This document shows positions 47,048 through 56,449 of a stretch of 64,000 nucleotides of DNA, in pieces. The DNA is from Planctomycetota bacterium (lineage in GTDB: Bacteria; Planctomycetota; UBA1135; UBA2386): the NCBI GenBank assembly GCA_965228735.1, contig OZ245838.1:6688001-6752000 (forward strand). Direction: 5' to 3'. The translations under genes were made by a program, and so were the position numbers. Every line of letters starts with the position of its first letter. Position 1 is the stretch's first letter. The notes under the pieces are model-generated. The model was not told the origin of the DNA. It did not search any database and saw only the letters and a program-made list of their open reading frames with translations.

Positions 47048-48172
47048 GTGCCGCTAGTCACAGCACAGGAATTGATCGACGCCGGGGTCCATTACGGCCA
47101 CCAGGCCAGCCGCTGGAACCCCAAGATGAAGCCGTACATCCACGGCAAGCGGCACAAGATCCACGTGATCAATCTCGAGGAGACGATCCGCGGGATGTAC
47201 GTGGCGACGCACTTCCTGCGCCAGCTGGCGGCTACGGGCGCGCAGATCATGTTCCTCGGCACCAAGCGGCAGATCCGGCCCGTCGTCGAGAGCGAGTCCA
47301 AGCGCTGCGGCATGCCGTGCGTGACGGAGCGCTGGATCGGCGGCACGCTGACCAACTTCTCGACGGTGCGCGAGCGCCTGGCGCGGCTGGTCGAGCTCGA
47401 GAACCTCGAGTCGACCGGGGCGATGGAGAAGTACAAGAAGAAGGACCAGTCGACGATGCGCCGCGAGATGAAGCGCATCGCTCGCAACCTCGAAGGCGTC
47501 CGCGACCTCCACGGCCTGCCGGCGGCGCTCATCGTCGTCGACCCGCGCCGCGAGGAGAACGCGATGCGCGAGGCCAAGCGGATGAACGTGCCCGTCATCT
47601 GCGTGCTCGATACGGATTGTGACCCGACCCTGGCCGACATCGTGATCCCGGCGAACGACGACGCGATGAGCTCCGTGCAGCTCGTGCTCGCGCGCCTCGC
47701 GGATGCGATCGCCGAAGGCCACGCCTCGTGCGACGAGGCCACGCTGCGCGACGCGCAGAAGGCCGCGTCCGAAGACGTGCGCAGCAAGCAGATCCCGGGT
47801 CGCGCCTCCCAAGGGCGCGACGGCCGCGGCGGTCGCGGCGGTGGTGGCGGTCGCTTCGGCGGCGGCGGTCGTCGTGGTGGCCCCGGTGGCGGTCGCTTCG
47901 CCGGCGGTCATGCCGACTCGGTGTCGATCGGCAAGGACAAGCCCGAGTCGGGTTCGCCGACGGCACCCGAGGTGCTGCCGGCCGGCACGCCCGAGGGGGC
48001 GGCTGGCGGCGACGCCGCGGCGGCTCCGGCTGCCGAGGCTCCGCCTGCCGCTGCTCCGGCGGCCGATGCTCCGGCGGCGGATGCGCCCGCGCCGGCTCCG
48101 GCTCCCGATGCTCCCGCTCCGGAGGCCCCGGCCGCCGATGCGCCGAAGCCGGACGAGTCGAAGCCGGACTGA
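47048..48172 (+). CDS. rpsB: 30S ribosomal protein S2 with long low-complexity C-terminal extension
   Basis: AGVHYGH, WNPKM, RWIGGTLTN and IPANDD motifs. Confidence 0.97.
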   Translation: MPLVTAQELIDAGVHYGHQASRWNPKMKPYIHGKRHKIHVINLEETIRGMYVATHFLRQLAATGAQIMFLGTKRQIRPVVESESKRCGMPCVTERWIGGTLTNFSTVRERLARLVELENLESTGAMEKYKKKDQSTMRREMKRIARNLEGVRDLHGLPAALIVVDPRREENAMREAKRMNVPVICVLDTDCDPTLADIVIPANDDAMSSVQLVLARLADAIAEGHASCDEATLRDAQKAASEDVRSKQIPGRASQGRDGRGGRGGGGGRFGGGGRRGGPGGGRFAGGHADSVSIGKDKPESGSPTAPEVLPAGTPEGAAGGDAAAAPAAEAPPAAAPAADAPAADAPAPAPAPDAPAPEAPAADAPKPDESKPD

Positions 48173-48332
48173 TCGAAGTTAGGACAAGACGCACGGCCAG
48201 CGCCGCTCGTTCCTGCGGCACCGTGCAATCGCCCGCGCCAGCGCGCGGGCGCGTCGACCGGCCGGTAATCGCACCGGCAGGTCGGCGTCCAGCCATGATT
48301 CAACCCTGACCCGAACTGCAACTACGAGTGCG

Positions 48333-48959
48333 ATGACCAATATCGACGCCAAGACCGTGATGAAGCTGCGCCAGATGACCGGCGCCCCGATGATGGACTG
48401 CAAAGCCGCCCTCAAGGAGACCGGCGGCGACATGGACAAGGCCAAGGACGTGCTCCGCAAGAAGGGCATGGCCTCCGCCGCGAAGGCCTCGGACCGCGAG
48501 GTCAACGAGGGCAAGCTGTTCAGCTACGTCCACCACAATGGCAAGATCGCGGTGATCGTCGAGGTCGTCTGTGAGACCGACTTCGTCGCGATGAACGAGG
48601 AGTTCAACGCGTTCGGCAAGGGCCTGTGCCTCACGGTCGTCGCCTACAACCCCGAGTACCTCGATCGCGAAGCGGTCGACCCGGCCGCGGTCGAGAAGGA
48701 GCGCGCGTTCGTGCTCGAGCAGACGCGCGAGACGATGCAGGGCAAGCCCGAAGAGGTCGTCGAGAAGGCCGTCGAGGGCCGCATGCGGAAGTTCTTCGAG
48801 GACAAGTGCCTCACCGAGGTCGGCTACGTGAACCCGCTGGATCAGAACGATTCGCGCCGGGTCGAGCAGGTCCGCCAGGAGCTCGTCGGCAAGATCGGCG
48901 AGAACATCAAGATCCGACGCTTCGTGCGCATGGACCTCGGCTCTCCGATCGAGAGCTGA
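48333..48959 (+). CDS. tsf: Elongation factor Ts (short form)
   Basis: LRQMTGAPMMDCKAAL, CETDFVA and GENIKIRRF motifs. Confidence 0.97.
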   Translation: MTNIDAKTVMKLRQMTGAPMMDCKAALKETGGDMDKAKDVLRKKGMASAAKASDREVNEGKLFSYVHHNGKIAVIVEVVCETDFVAMNEEFNAFGKGLCLTVVAYNPEYLDREAVDPAAVEKERAFVLEQTRETMQGKPEEVVEKAVEGRMRKFFEDKCLTEVGYVNPLDQNDSRRVEQVRQELVGKIGENIKIRRFVRMDLGSPIES

Positions 48960-48961
48960 TC

Positions 48962-49708
48962 GTGGCTGCCGCGTCCTCCACGACCGTCTCGCCGCCGCGC
49001 ACCCTGAAGCGCATCCTCCTCAAGCTCAGCGGGGAGAGCCTCGGTGACGAGGGCGGCGGGGTCTCGCCCCCGGTCGTGGCGCAGGTCGCCCGGCAGATCG
49101 CGGGCGTACAGCGGCTCGGCGTCGAGGTCGCGGTCGTCGTCGGCGGCGGCAATCTGCTCCGCGGCGCCGAGTTCGCCAAGCAGGGCACCAACCGCGCGAC
49201 GGCCGACCAGATGGGCATGCTCGCGACGGCGATCAACGCGCTCGCGCTGCAGGACGGCCTCGAGCGCGAGGGCGTCGAGACGCGTTCGGCGAGCGCGGTC
49301 GAGATGAAGACGCTGATGGAGCCCTACATCCGCCGCCGCGTGGTGCGCCACCTCGAGAAGGGCCGCGCCGTGATCCTCGCGGGCGGCACGGGCAATCCGT
49401 ACTTCACGACGGACACGGCCGCGGCGCTGCGCGCGACCGAGCTCGGCGCCGATGCGATCTTCAAGGCGACCAAGGTCGACGGCGTCTACAGCGCCGATCC
49501 CAACGTCGACCCGAACGCCAAGCGCTTCGAGCGCCTCACGTTCCAGGATGCGCTGCAGCAGGACCTCAAGGTCATGGATCGCACGGCGTTCACCCTCTGC
49601 ATGGAGAACGGCATGCCGATCATGGTGTTCGACATGTTCGTCGAGGGCAACATGGAGCGCGCGGTGCGCGGCGACTCGATCGGCACCTGGGTCCTCATGC
49701 CGCAGTAG
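48962..49708 (+). CDS. pyrH: UMP kinase
   Basis: LLKLSGE, GGGN, ADQMGMLAT and GNPYFTTD motifs. Confidence 0.97.
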   Translation: MAAASSTTVSPPRTLKRILLKLSGESLGDEGGGVSPPVVAQVARQIAGVQRLGVEVAVVVGGGNLLRGAEFAKQGTNRATADQMGMLATAINALALQDGLEREGVETRSASAVEMKTLMEPYIRRRVVRHLEKGRAVILAGGTGNPYFTTDTAAALRATELGADAIFKATKVDGVYSADPNVDPNAKRFERLTFQDALQQDLKVMDRTAFTLCMENGMPIMVFDMFVEGNMERAVRGDSIGTWVLMPQ

Positions 49709-49802
49709 CGCCCGTACGGTACCTGGTTCGATCTGCAAGGCCGCCGCGCCTCAGCGCGGCGGCCTTGCAGATCGAACCAGGTACCGTACGGGCGCTACTG
49801 CG
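49701..49802. repeat. Perfect 49-bp inverted repeat with 4-nt loop (REPIN-like), overlapping the pyrH stop codon
   Basis: CGCAGTAGCGCCCGTACGGTACCTGGTTCGATCTGCAAGGCCGCCGCGC-CTCA-exact reverse complement. Confidence 0.93.
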
Positions 49803-49862
49803 CGGATACCCGGGACCGCAGTTCCTTGGCTTTCCGTGCCGCGATAGGATGCGGGGCACGCC

Positions 49863-50432
49863 ATGGAACCCTACGCCGAGATCCTTCTCGAACTCGAAGA
49901 GAAGACCCAGAAGACGGTCCAGCACCTGCGCGAGCAGCTCGGGAGCATTCGCACCGGGCGCGCTTCGCCGACGTTGCTCGACACGGTTCGCGTCGACTAC
50001 TACGGCGCGATGACGCCGCTGCAGCAGGTGGCGCACGTGTCGGTGCCGGAGGCGCGGCAGCTGATGATCAAGCCGTTCGATGCCTCGCCGCCGGTGATGA
50101 AGGAGATCGAGCGCGCGATCCTCAAGTCGGACCTCGGCCTGACGCCGCAGTCCGACGGCAAGGTGCTGCGGCTCATCATGCCGCCGCTGTCGGGTGAGCA
50201 GCGCCAGAAGCTCGTCCACAAGGTCAAGGAGATCGTCGAGCAGAACCGGGTCGCGCTGCGCAACGAGCGGCGCGATGCGAACAAGCACGCCGACCAGCTC
50301 AAGAAGGACGGCGGCCTGACCGAGGACCAGCTCAAGAAGGCCCACGACGAGATCGACAAGGCCCTGAAGTCGGCCGACAAGAAGATGGACGAGATGCTCG
50401 AGAGCAAGAGCAAGGAGATCCTCGAGGAGTAG
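49863..50432 (+). CDS. frr: Ribosome recycling factor
   Basis: IRTGRAS, VDYYG and RNERRDAN motifs; canonical position after pyrH. Confidence 0.97.
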   Translation: MEPYAEILLELEEKTQKTVQHLREQLGSIRTGRASPTLLDTVRVDYYGAMTPLQQVAHVSVPEARQLMIKPFDASPPVMKEIERAILKSDLGLTPQSDGKVLRLIMPPLSGEQRQKLVHKVKEIVEQNRVALRNERRDANKHADQLKKDGGLTEDQLKKAHDEIDKALKSADKKMDEMLESKSKEILEE

Positions 50433-50699
50433 CGGCGACGGCGTCCCGGCCAGGACGCAAGGCCGGGAAGGACGACCGGGAAGAACCGGGCGCCGATCGG
50501 CTCCGATCCCCGGCGTGCCGTCCGGGTGTGCGCTCCGGGTCGGCGCTCCGGGCTGGCCGGATTCCTAGGAACGGCCCTTGTTCGGCGGCGCGCTGGGCCG
50601 AAATCCCCGGTTGCGCAGTCGTTCTGCCGCCGGAATCTCAGAAGGCCCGTTGCGTCGCGGGCACCGGCGCGCTTCGATGCTTCCCCCAATTGTGGCCAC

Positions 50700-50775
50700 G
50701 GGGGCGTAGCTCAGTCGGTAGAGCAGCGGCCTTTTAAGCCGTAGGTCGAAGGTTCGAGCCCTTCCGCCCCTACCA
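50700..50775 (+). tRNA. tRNA-Lys (anticodon TTT), CCA encoded
   Basis: Cloverleaf with D arm GCTC/GAGC, anticodon stem GCGGC/GCCGT with loop CTTTTAA, and T arm GAAGG-TTCGAGC-CCTTC; ends ACCA. Confidence 0.96.
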
Positions 50776-50817
50776 GTCGTGAGCGTTCGCCGTCCGCGGC
50801 CTGCCGTTCCTATCATC

Positions 50818-51156
50818 ATGATCGATCCGGAGTTCCTGCGCCTGCTCGTCTGCCCGGCGACGCGTGCGCCGCTGCGTGCCGCAGAGGCGGCGGAGCTCGA
50901 CGCCGTGAACGCGGCGATCGATGGTGGAACCGCCCGCAATCGCGCGGGGGCCGTGGTCGAAGGGCGGGTCGACGGTGGCCTCGTGCCGACCGACGGCGCC
51001 GCCTTCTACCCGATCCGCGACGGCATCCCGATCCTGCTGTCGTCCGAGGCGATCCCGCTGGCGGACGGCGCGCCGGTCGCCGGAGAGCCGGTCGTCGGGT
51101 CCGCAGATGACGAGTCCGCCCGAGGCCGGGCAATTGGCGGCGAAACCGAGTCCTGA
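50818..51156 (+). CDS. Trm112/YcaR-like protein
   Basis: LLVCP...YPIRDGIPILL motif. Confidence 0.85.
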   Translation: MIDPEFLRLLVCPATRAPLRAAEAAELDAVNAAIDGGTARNRAGAVVEGRVDGGLVPTDGAAFYPIRDGIPILLSSEAIPLADGAPVAGEPVVGSADDESARGRAIGGETES

Positions 51157-51203
51157 AGACGCGCGCCGGCTATCCTGTTCCGGCTCACCCACGCATAGGC
51201 AAG

Positions 51204-53546
51204 ATGTCCAGCACCACTCCTGAAACGAAGACCGCGACCGAGCCCGAAGGCCCGCAGCAAGACCCGATCGTCGACGAACAAACGGGTGTGTATGGCTGGT
51301 TCCGCCGCAACCAGAAGCTGCTGCTCTACACGGTCGGCATGTTCGTGCTCGTGTTCTTCTCGGTGAGTGGCCCGATGCTCGCCCTGATCAACGATTGGTT
51401 CGCGCCGCACGTCGAGCGCCCGGCCATCACGGTGGGCGGCGAAGAGGTCAAGCTGGAGGCGATGGACTACCAGGTCGGCGAGCAGATCGCGAACCGGCCC
51501 GGGGCGCTGAGCTTCGTGCTGCCGATCATCAGCACCGGGGACAACGGCCGTTCGGAAGCGACCGAGGTCTACGCGATCCTGCGCCGCGCGGCGATCACCG
51601 AAGGGCTCGGCATCTCGTTCGCCGAGGTCGACAAGGCGATCGCGACGCGCCTGAAGCAGAGCGCCGGCCAGATGACGTCGGAGACGGCGCTCGCGGCCCA
51701 GGCGGGCTTCAACTCGCTCGCCGCGTTCCGCAACATCGTGGGCGAGGCGATGCGCATCGGCACGCTGATCCACCTGCAGACGCTGGCGCTCGACAGCTCG
51801 GACGCGAGCGTGCTCGAGGACGTGCTCGGCGACCGCGAGAAGGTCAAGTTCAAGGTCGCGACGTTCGACGAGGCCAAGCTCGCCGAAGAGCTCGAAGCGG
51901 CCGGCAACGCGAGCTACGAGGATCTCACGGCCTGGGTCGAGGAGAAGACCACGCTCGAGAAGCGCCAGATGGATGTCCTCGGCGGCAACGAGGTCGCGCT
52001 CGAGATCGCCGGGCTCCTGCTCGCCGACTTCGATCGGACGCAGTGGGAGGACAAATACCTCGCCGAGTTCGAGATCGCGGAGGAGGAGCTGACCCGGCTC
52101 TACAACACCAACCGCGAGCGCTTCAAGCAGGAGGACGAGACTTACCGCGCGCTCGAGGACGAGGGCGTCGCGGAGGAGCTGACGAAGCAGCGCGAGGCCC
52201 AGGAGGTGCTCGTGCAGATGTCGGCCGACATCCGCGAGAAGCAGGCCGAGTTCACGAAGGCCGAGGACGACGCGTTCCGGCAGGCCAACGAGGACGCGTT
52301 CGCCGCGGCGAACGCCGTCACGGAGGCGAAGGCCAAGCTCGAAGCGGATCCCGACAACGAGGACCTCAAGAAGGAACTCGCGGACGCCGAGCTCGCCAAG
52401 ACGCAGGCCGACAACAACCGCAAGGCCGCCGAGGAAGCGCGCGACCAGAAGATCGCCGCGTTCGACTTCTTCGCCGCGTTCACGGAGCTCGCGAGCGACG
52501 AGAACGGCCTGAAGAAGGGCGCCGTCACGAAGAAGGTCGAGCCGCGGCGCGATGCCGAGGCGCTCAAGGACCTCGACTCCGAGGAGCTCGGGCTCGGCAC
52601 CTGGGAGCAGGCGGTGGTCGCGACCTATCTGCGCAAGGTCGGCCAGCTCGGGACGAGCCCGGCCAACACGGACAAGGCGTCGTTCCTCTACCGCGCGACG
52701 GACCTGCTGCTCGAGCCGCTCAAGCCGCGCGAGGAGCTCGAGCCGCTGCTCGCCGGGGCCTACTACAAGGAGAAGGCCAAGGAGCAGGCGGAGGAGAAGA
52801 AGGCGGCCTTCGAGGCTGCGCTGTTGCGGCTCGCCAAGGCCAAGATGCCCGACAGGGTCGCGGAGATCGAAGGTCAGCGCGAGACTCGCATCGAGGAGCG
52901 GTTCACCGAGTGGAAGACCGAGATCGAAGCCGACATCGAGCACGCCAAGGACGTGATCGCGAAGGCTCGCGAGGGCACGATCGCGCACCAGGACTGGCTC
53001 AAGGAGCTCGCCCGCCTCGAGGCCGAGCTCGGCATGGCCGAATCGAAGCGCGAGGAGTTCGGCACCGCGGTCGGTGACGAGATCGACAGCGAGATCGCCG
53101 AGGCCGCGCAGGAGTTCCACGCCGCCGTGCTCGACGAGGCCGCCGCCGAAGCCGGCTTCGTGGTGCAGGAGATCGGGCCGTTGCCGCGCGACGTCGCGCG
53201 CAGTCCGCGCTTCGACAAGAAGTACGACAAGACGGCCGTCTTCCTCTACCGCTCGCACGCCGAGCTCGAGGACGGGGATTCGACCGGCCTCGTCGAGGAC
53301 ACCGCCGAACGCCGGCTGCACTGCGCGGTCGTCACGGGCGTGATGCCGCTCGAGCCGTCCGACGTCCGGCGCGCCGAATTCGTTCGCGCCAAGAAGGGCG
53401 CCGCGAGCGGCTTCTCCGCGTTCGACAGCTACGCCTCGGAGCGCGCCTACACGGCCCAGAGCCAGGCGTTCACCCTGCCGGCCCTCGAAGAGCGCTACGC
53501 CGTCGAGCGCCCGGTCGGCAAGCAGGCCGAACCGAGCGACGGCTGA
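51204..53546 (+). CDS. Membrane-anchored acidic helical protein, possibly a PpiD/SurA-like chaperone
   Basis: WFRRNQK plus an N-terminal TM helix; long acidic coiled-coil; GC3-rich codon usage like neighbouring genes. Confidence 0.6.
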   Translation: MSSTTPETKTATEPEGPQQDPIVDEQTGVYGWFRRNQKLLLYTVGMFVLVFFSVSGPMLALINDWFAPHVERPAITVGGEEVKLEAMDYQVGEQIANRPGALSFVLPIISTGDNGRSEATEVYAILRRAAITEGLGISFAEVDKAIATRLKQSAGQMTSETALAAQAGFNSLAAFRNIVGEAMRIGTLIHLQTLALDSSDASVLEDVLGDREKVKFKVATFDEAKLAEELEAAGNASYEDLTAWVEEKTTLEKRQMDVLGGNEVALEIAGLLLADFDRTQWEDKYLAEFEIAEEELTRLYNTNRERFKQEDETYRALEDEGVAEELTKQREAQEVLVQMSADIREKQAEFTKAEDDAFRQANEDAFAAANAVTEAKAKLEADPDNEDLKKELADAELAKTQADNNRKAAEEARDQKIAAFDFFAAFTELASDENGLKKGAVTKKVEPRRDAEALKDLDSEELGLGTWEQAVVATYLRKVGQLGTSPANTDKASFLYRATDLLLEPLKPREELEPLLAGAYYKEKAKEQAEEKKAAFEAALLRLAKAKMPDRVAEIEGQRETRIEERFTEWKTEIEADIEHAKDVIAKAREGTIAHQDWLKELARLEAELGMAESKREEFGTAVGDEIDSEIAEAAQEFHAAVLDEAAAEAGFVVQEIGPLPRDVARSPRFDKKYDKTAVFLYRSHAELEDGDSTGLVEDTAERRLHCAVVTGVMPLEPSDVRRAEFVRAKKGAASGFSAFDSYASERAYTAQSQAFTLPALEERYAVERPVGKQAEPSDG

Positions 53547-53573
53547 GCGCGGCGTGGTGGCGGTACCGAACCC

Positions 53574-55565
53574 TTGCGCCAGGCGAAGCCTGGACGGGAG
53601 AAATCATGACCTGACAGGAATGAGAACCCCGTATTGGAGTCCCGCGGGTGACGAAACCCGCCCGGCGAAGGCTAGCCACCAGCCGGAAGCGAGTCTTGCG
53701 TGGCGACCGGGTAACCGCCGCTGCGAAGCGTAGACAGCGAGGATGTGGGCGGCGCGACTGAGCCCCGAAAGTACCGACAGCGAGAGAGCCGACGTGGTGG
53801 GTTCATCGGAAGGCAACATGGAAGGGCCGCAACCGGCTTGGCCCGGAAGTCTCTCCGGGGTCCTGAGAACGACCGCACGCATCCATCGGACTCCCCAGGA
53901 ACCTGGGATCCCCTCGATTGGTCCGATCGTCAACTCCGGCTGGGGCCCGGAAACCAACTCTCCAGGGCCGCGACGTCGTGTCCGCGTCGGTGCCGTCAAG
54001 GAATCCGGACACACGGCCGGTACCGCCGAGCGAAGGAAACGAAGCGACGCGGGACGCCAACGAGGGAGTCGGAGTGCGTCATAGTACCAAAGAGTCCGGG
54101 GAACCCGCCCCACGGGGACCCGGCGGAGGGAAGGGCGTCACCGGCGACAAGGAACCGCTGGACGGACCGACCACGGAGACGACGGGCTCCGAGCAGGTCT
54201 CCACGAAACTCCGGCGGGTAGCGGAGCTGGCGAGGCAGCGACCAGACCTGGTCCTGACCACACTGGCACACCACATGGACATCGCGCTTCTGCGGGAGGC
54301 GTATCGCCGCACGCAGAAGTCCAAAGCTCCTGGTGTCGACGGCGTCACGGCTCGCGACTACGAGCAGGATCTCGAGGGCAACCTCGCGGACCTGCACGAA
54401 CGCGCGAAGTCAGGGCGCTATCGCGCACCACCGGTCCGGCGCGTGCACATCCCGAAAGGGAAGGGTGGCACGCGTCCAATCGGAGTGCCGACGCTGGAGG
54501 ACAAGGTCTTGCAGCGGGCGGTGACGCAAGTGATGGAGGCGGTATATGAGCAGGACTTCTTGGACTGCTCGCACGGCTTCCGTCCCGGTCGCTCGCCGCA
54601 CACGGCACTGGAATCGCTTTGGAAGCATGCGATGTCGATGGGTGGCGGCTGGCTGTTGGAAGTCGACATCCAAGGTTTCTTCGACAACCTGGAGCCGACC
54701 CATCTGCGAGCGATCCTCGACCAGCGGGTGCGCGACGGAGTGTTCCGTCGACTGATCGACAAGTGGCTGAAGGCGGGGGTGCAGGAGGACGGTGCGCTGC
54801 ATCGCTCTCGCAAAGGCACCCCACAAGGAGGCGTGATTTCGCCGCTGCTGGCGAACATCTATTTGCACGCAGTGCTGGACCGTTGGTTTGTCGAGGAAGT
54901 CAAGCCGAGGCTTGCCGGTCGCGCGGAGTTGGTCCGCTATGCGGACGACTTCGTGATCCTGTTTGCCGTCGAAGCCGATGCACGTGCGATGTCGTCGATC
55001 CTGGCCCAAAGGCTCGGGCGCTTCGGCCTCACACTGCATCCGGACAAGACCCGGTTAGTCCGCTTCCAACCGCCCGAAGACGGCGCGGCGGGGAGCGGCA
55101 CTTTCGACTTCCTGGGCTTCACCCATCACTGGTCACGCTCCCGGCGCGGCCGATGGACCGTGCAGCGGCGCACCACACGACACGTCGTGACCCGTACCCT
55201 GACTGGGCTACGGGATTGGTGCCGTCGCAATCGGCACGACAAGGTCCGCGTCCAGTACTCCACCCTGTGCTCGAAGCTACGGGGGCACTACCTCTACTTC
55301 GGCGTGACCGGCAACTCTGCTGCGTTACGTCGCGTATGGTACGAGGCCCGTCGCATCTGGCATCGGTGGCTGAGCCGGCGCTCGCGGGCGGCCTACATGT
55401 CGTGGGCCCGCTTCGAGCAACTGCTGCGTGCATACCCGCTTCCTCCGCCCCGGCTGACCCGGTCGGTCTACGCAGCGAGCCCTTGTCGCTGACGAGCCGG
55501 ATGCGTTAGCCGCGCACGTCCGGATCTGTGGGAGCCCTGGGGGGAGACCCCCAGGGCCACCCGGC
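53574..55565 (+). mobile_element. Full-length group II intron (1992 nt, IIB-like)
   Basis: 5' end TTGCG. Domain V GAGCCGGATGCG...CACGTCCGGATC (55494-55526). Domain VI with bulged A at 55559, 7 nt from the end. EBS2 GTACCG (53771-53776) and EBS1 GGGTTC (53799-53804). Boundaries are fixed by the interrupted repeat. Confidence 0.93.
54275..55492 (+). CDS. ltrA: Group II intron reverse transcriptase/maturase without endonuclease domain; true start may lie about 100 nt upstream
   Basis: KAPGVDG, RPIGVPTLEDK, SHGFRPGRS, GTPQGGVISPLLANIYLH, RYADDF (54938-54949), FDFLGF and LRGHYLYFG (domain X). Confidence 0.93.
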   Translation: MDIALLREAYRRTQKSKAPGVDGVTARDYEQDLEGNLADLHERAKSGRYRAPPVRRVHIPKGKGGTRPIGVPTLEDKVLQRAVTQVMEAVYEQDFLDCSHGFRPGRSPHTALESLWKHAMSMGGGWLLEVDIQGFFDNLEPTHLRAILDQRVRDGVFRRLIDKWLKAGVQEDGALHRSRKGTPQGGVISPLLANIYLHAVLDRWFVEEVKPRLAGRAELVRYADDFVILFAVEADARAMSSILAQRLGRFGLTLHPDKTRLVRFQPPEDGAAGSGTFDFLGFTHHWSRSRRGRWTVQRRTTRHVVTRTLTGLRDWCRRNRHDKVRVQYSTLCSKLRGHYLYFGVTGNSAALRRVWYEARRIWHRWLSRRSRAAYMSWARFEQLLRAYPLPPPRLTRSVYAASPCR

Positions 55566-55667
55566 GCTTCGAATCCGCCACCCGTCCGATTCCGCAACCC
55601 CGGTTCCCACCTGCCGTGCCGCCGTGTGGCAGGTGGCGGATTCGAAGCGGGTTCGGTACCGCCAGCC

Positions 55668-56423
55668 CTATTGGGGGCGGCCGAGGGCGAACAGCGAGTG
55701 GCCGAGCGGGAAGCGGAGCCAGCGGAGTGGCACGCGTTCGCTCGACATGATCGCGGTGAACACGCGATTGAGCCACGGCGAAAGCTCGACGCTCATGTTG
55801 TTGTAGCCGGCGGGCAGGCGGCCGAGCCTGTCCATGAGCTTCTGCCAGAGCACCGACGGGATGATCAGCGGCAGCAGCAGCGTGTTGAAGTAGCTCACGC
55901 GCAGCGGCGGCAGGCCGGCCGCGCGCATCACCCGCTTGAGGCGGGTCGCGGTGTAGCGCCGGAAGTGATGCGCCGTGCGGTCGTTCTGCGACCACAGCCA
56001 CTGGTAGGCCGGCACGGACACGAAGACGGCGCCGCCCGGCTCGAGCACGCGCCGCACTTCGCGCAGCGCCTGTTCGTCGTCGGGGATGTGCTCGATCGTG
56101 TCGAACAGGCAGACGAGGTCGAACGTGTCGTCCTGGAACGGCAGCTCGTAGCCAGAGCCGCAGAGCACGTTCTGAAAGCCGCGTTCCTTGCAGACGCCGA
56201 CGTACTCGTGATCGATGTCGAGCCCGGCGATGTCGCCGTAGCGCGACAGCGGGCCGAGCATGCCGCCGGCACCGCACCCGATCTCGAGAACCCGGCGGCG
56301 CTTGCCGTCCGTTCGTTCGGGCAGCAGCCGATCGAGCTGGTCGAAGAAGATGCGCCGCCGGCTCACGAACCAGAAGTGCGAGTGCTCCAGTTCCTTGAAG
56401 GTCTCGTAGGCGACGCGATCCAT
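55668..56423 (-). CDS. Class I SAM-dependent methyltransferase
   Basis: HFWF, VLEIGCGAG, DTIEHI, VPAYQWLWS and HHFRRY motifs. Confidence 0.9.
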   Translation of the reverse strand: MDRVAYETFKELEHSHFWFVSRRRIFFDQLDRLLPERTDGKRRRVLEIGCGAGGMLGPLSRYGDIAGLDIDHEYVGVCKERGFQNVLCGSGYELPFQDDTFDLVCLFDTIEHIPDDEQALREVRRVLEPGGAVFVSVPAYQWLWSQNDRTAHHFRRYTATRLKRVMRAAGLPPLRVSYFNTLLLPLIIPSVLWQKLMDRLGRLPAGYNNMSVELSPWLNRVFTAIMSSERVPLRWLRFPLGHSLFALGRPQ

Positions 56424-56449
56424 GCTCTCCGGCGGGCGACGATCCGGGC

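Larger units (their letters stand above)
53556..55664. repeat. REPIN-like doublet of 33-bp inverted repeats; left copy interrupted by the intron
   Basis: TGGCGGTACCGAACCC (53558-53573) joined to GCTTCGAATCCGCCACC (55566-55582) is the exact reverse complement of 55632-55664. Confidence 0.9.

Noticed and set aside
48333..48959. Truncated tsf
   Set aside because: Short EF-Ts forms of about 200 aa are known, and both terminal motifs are present.
50700..53546. Genomic island integrated at tRNA-Lys
   Set aside because: I saw no integrase or duplicated tRNA 3' end, and downstream genes have host-like codon usage.
54275..55492. RT as a retron, DGR or defence RT
   Set aside because: It has domain X and YADD and is flanked by intron RNA domains V/VI with EBS-IBS pairing, so it is a group II maturase.
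55566..55582. TTCGAATCC as a tRNA T-loop (intron inside a tRNA gene)
   Set aside because: The joined exons do not form a cloverleaf; the sequence is explained by the inverted repeat.
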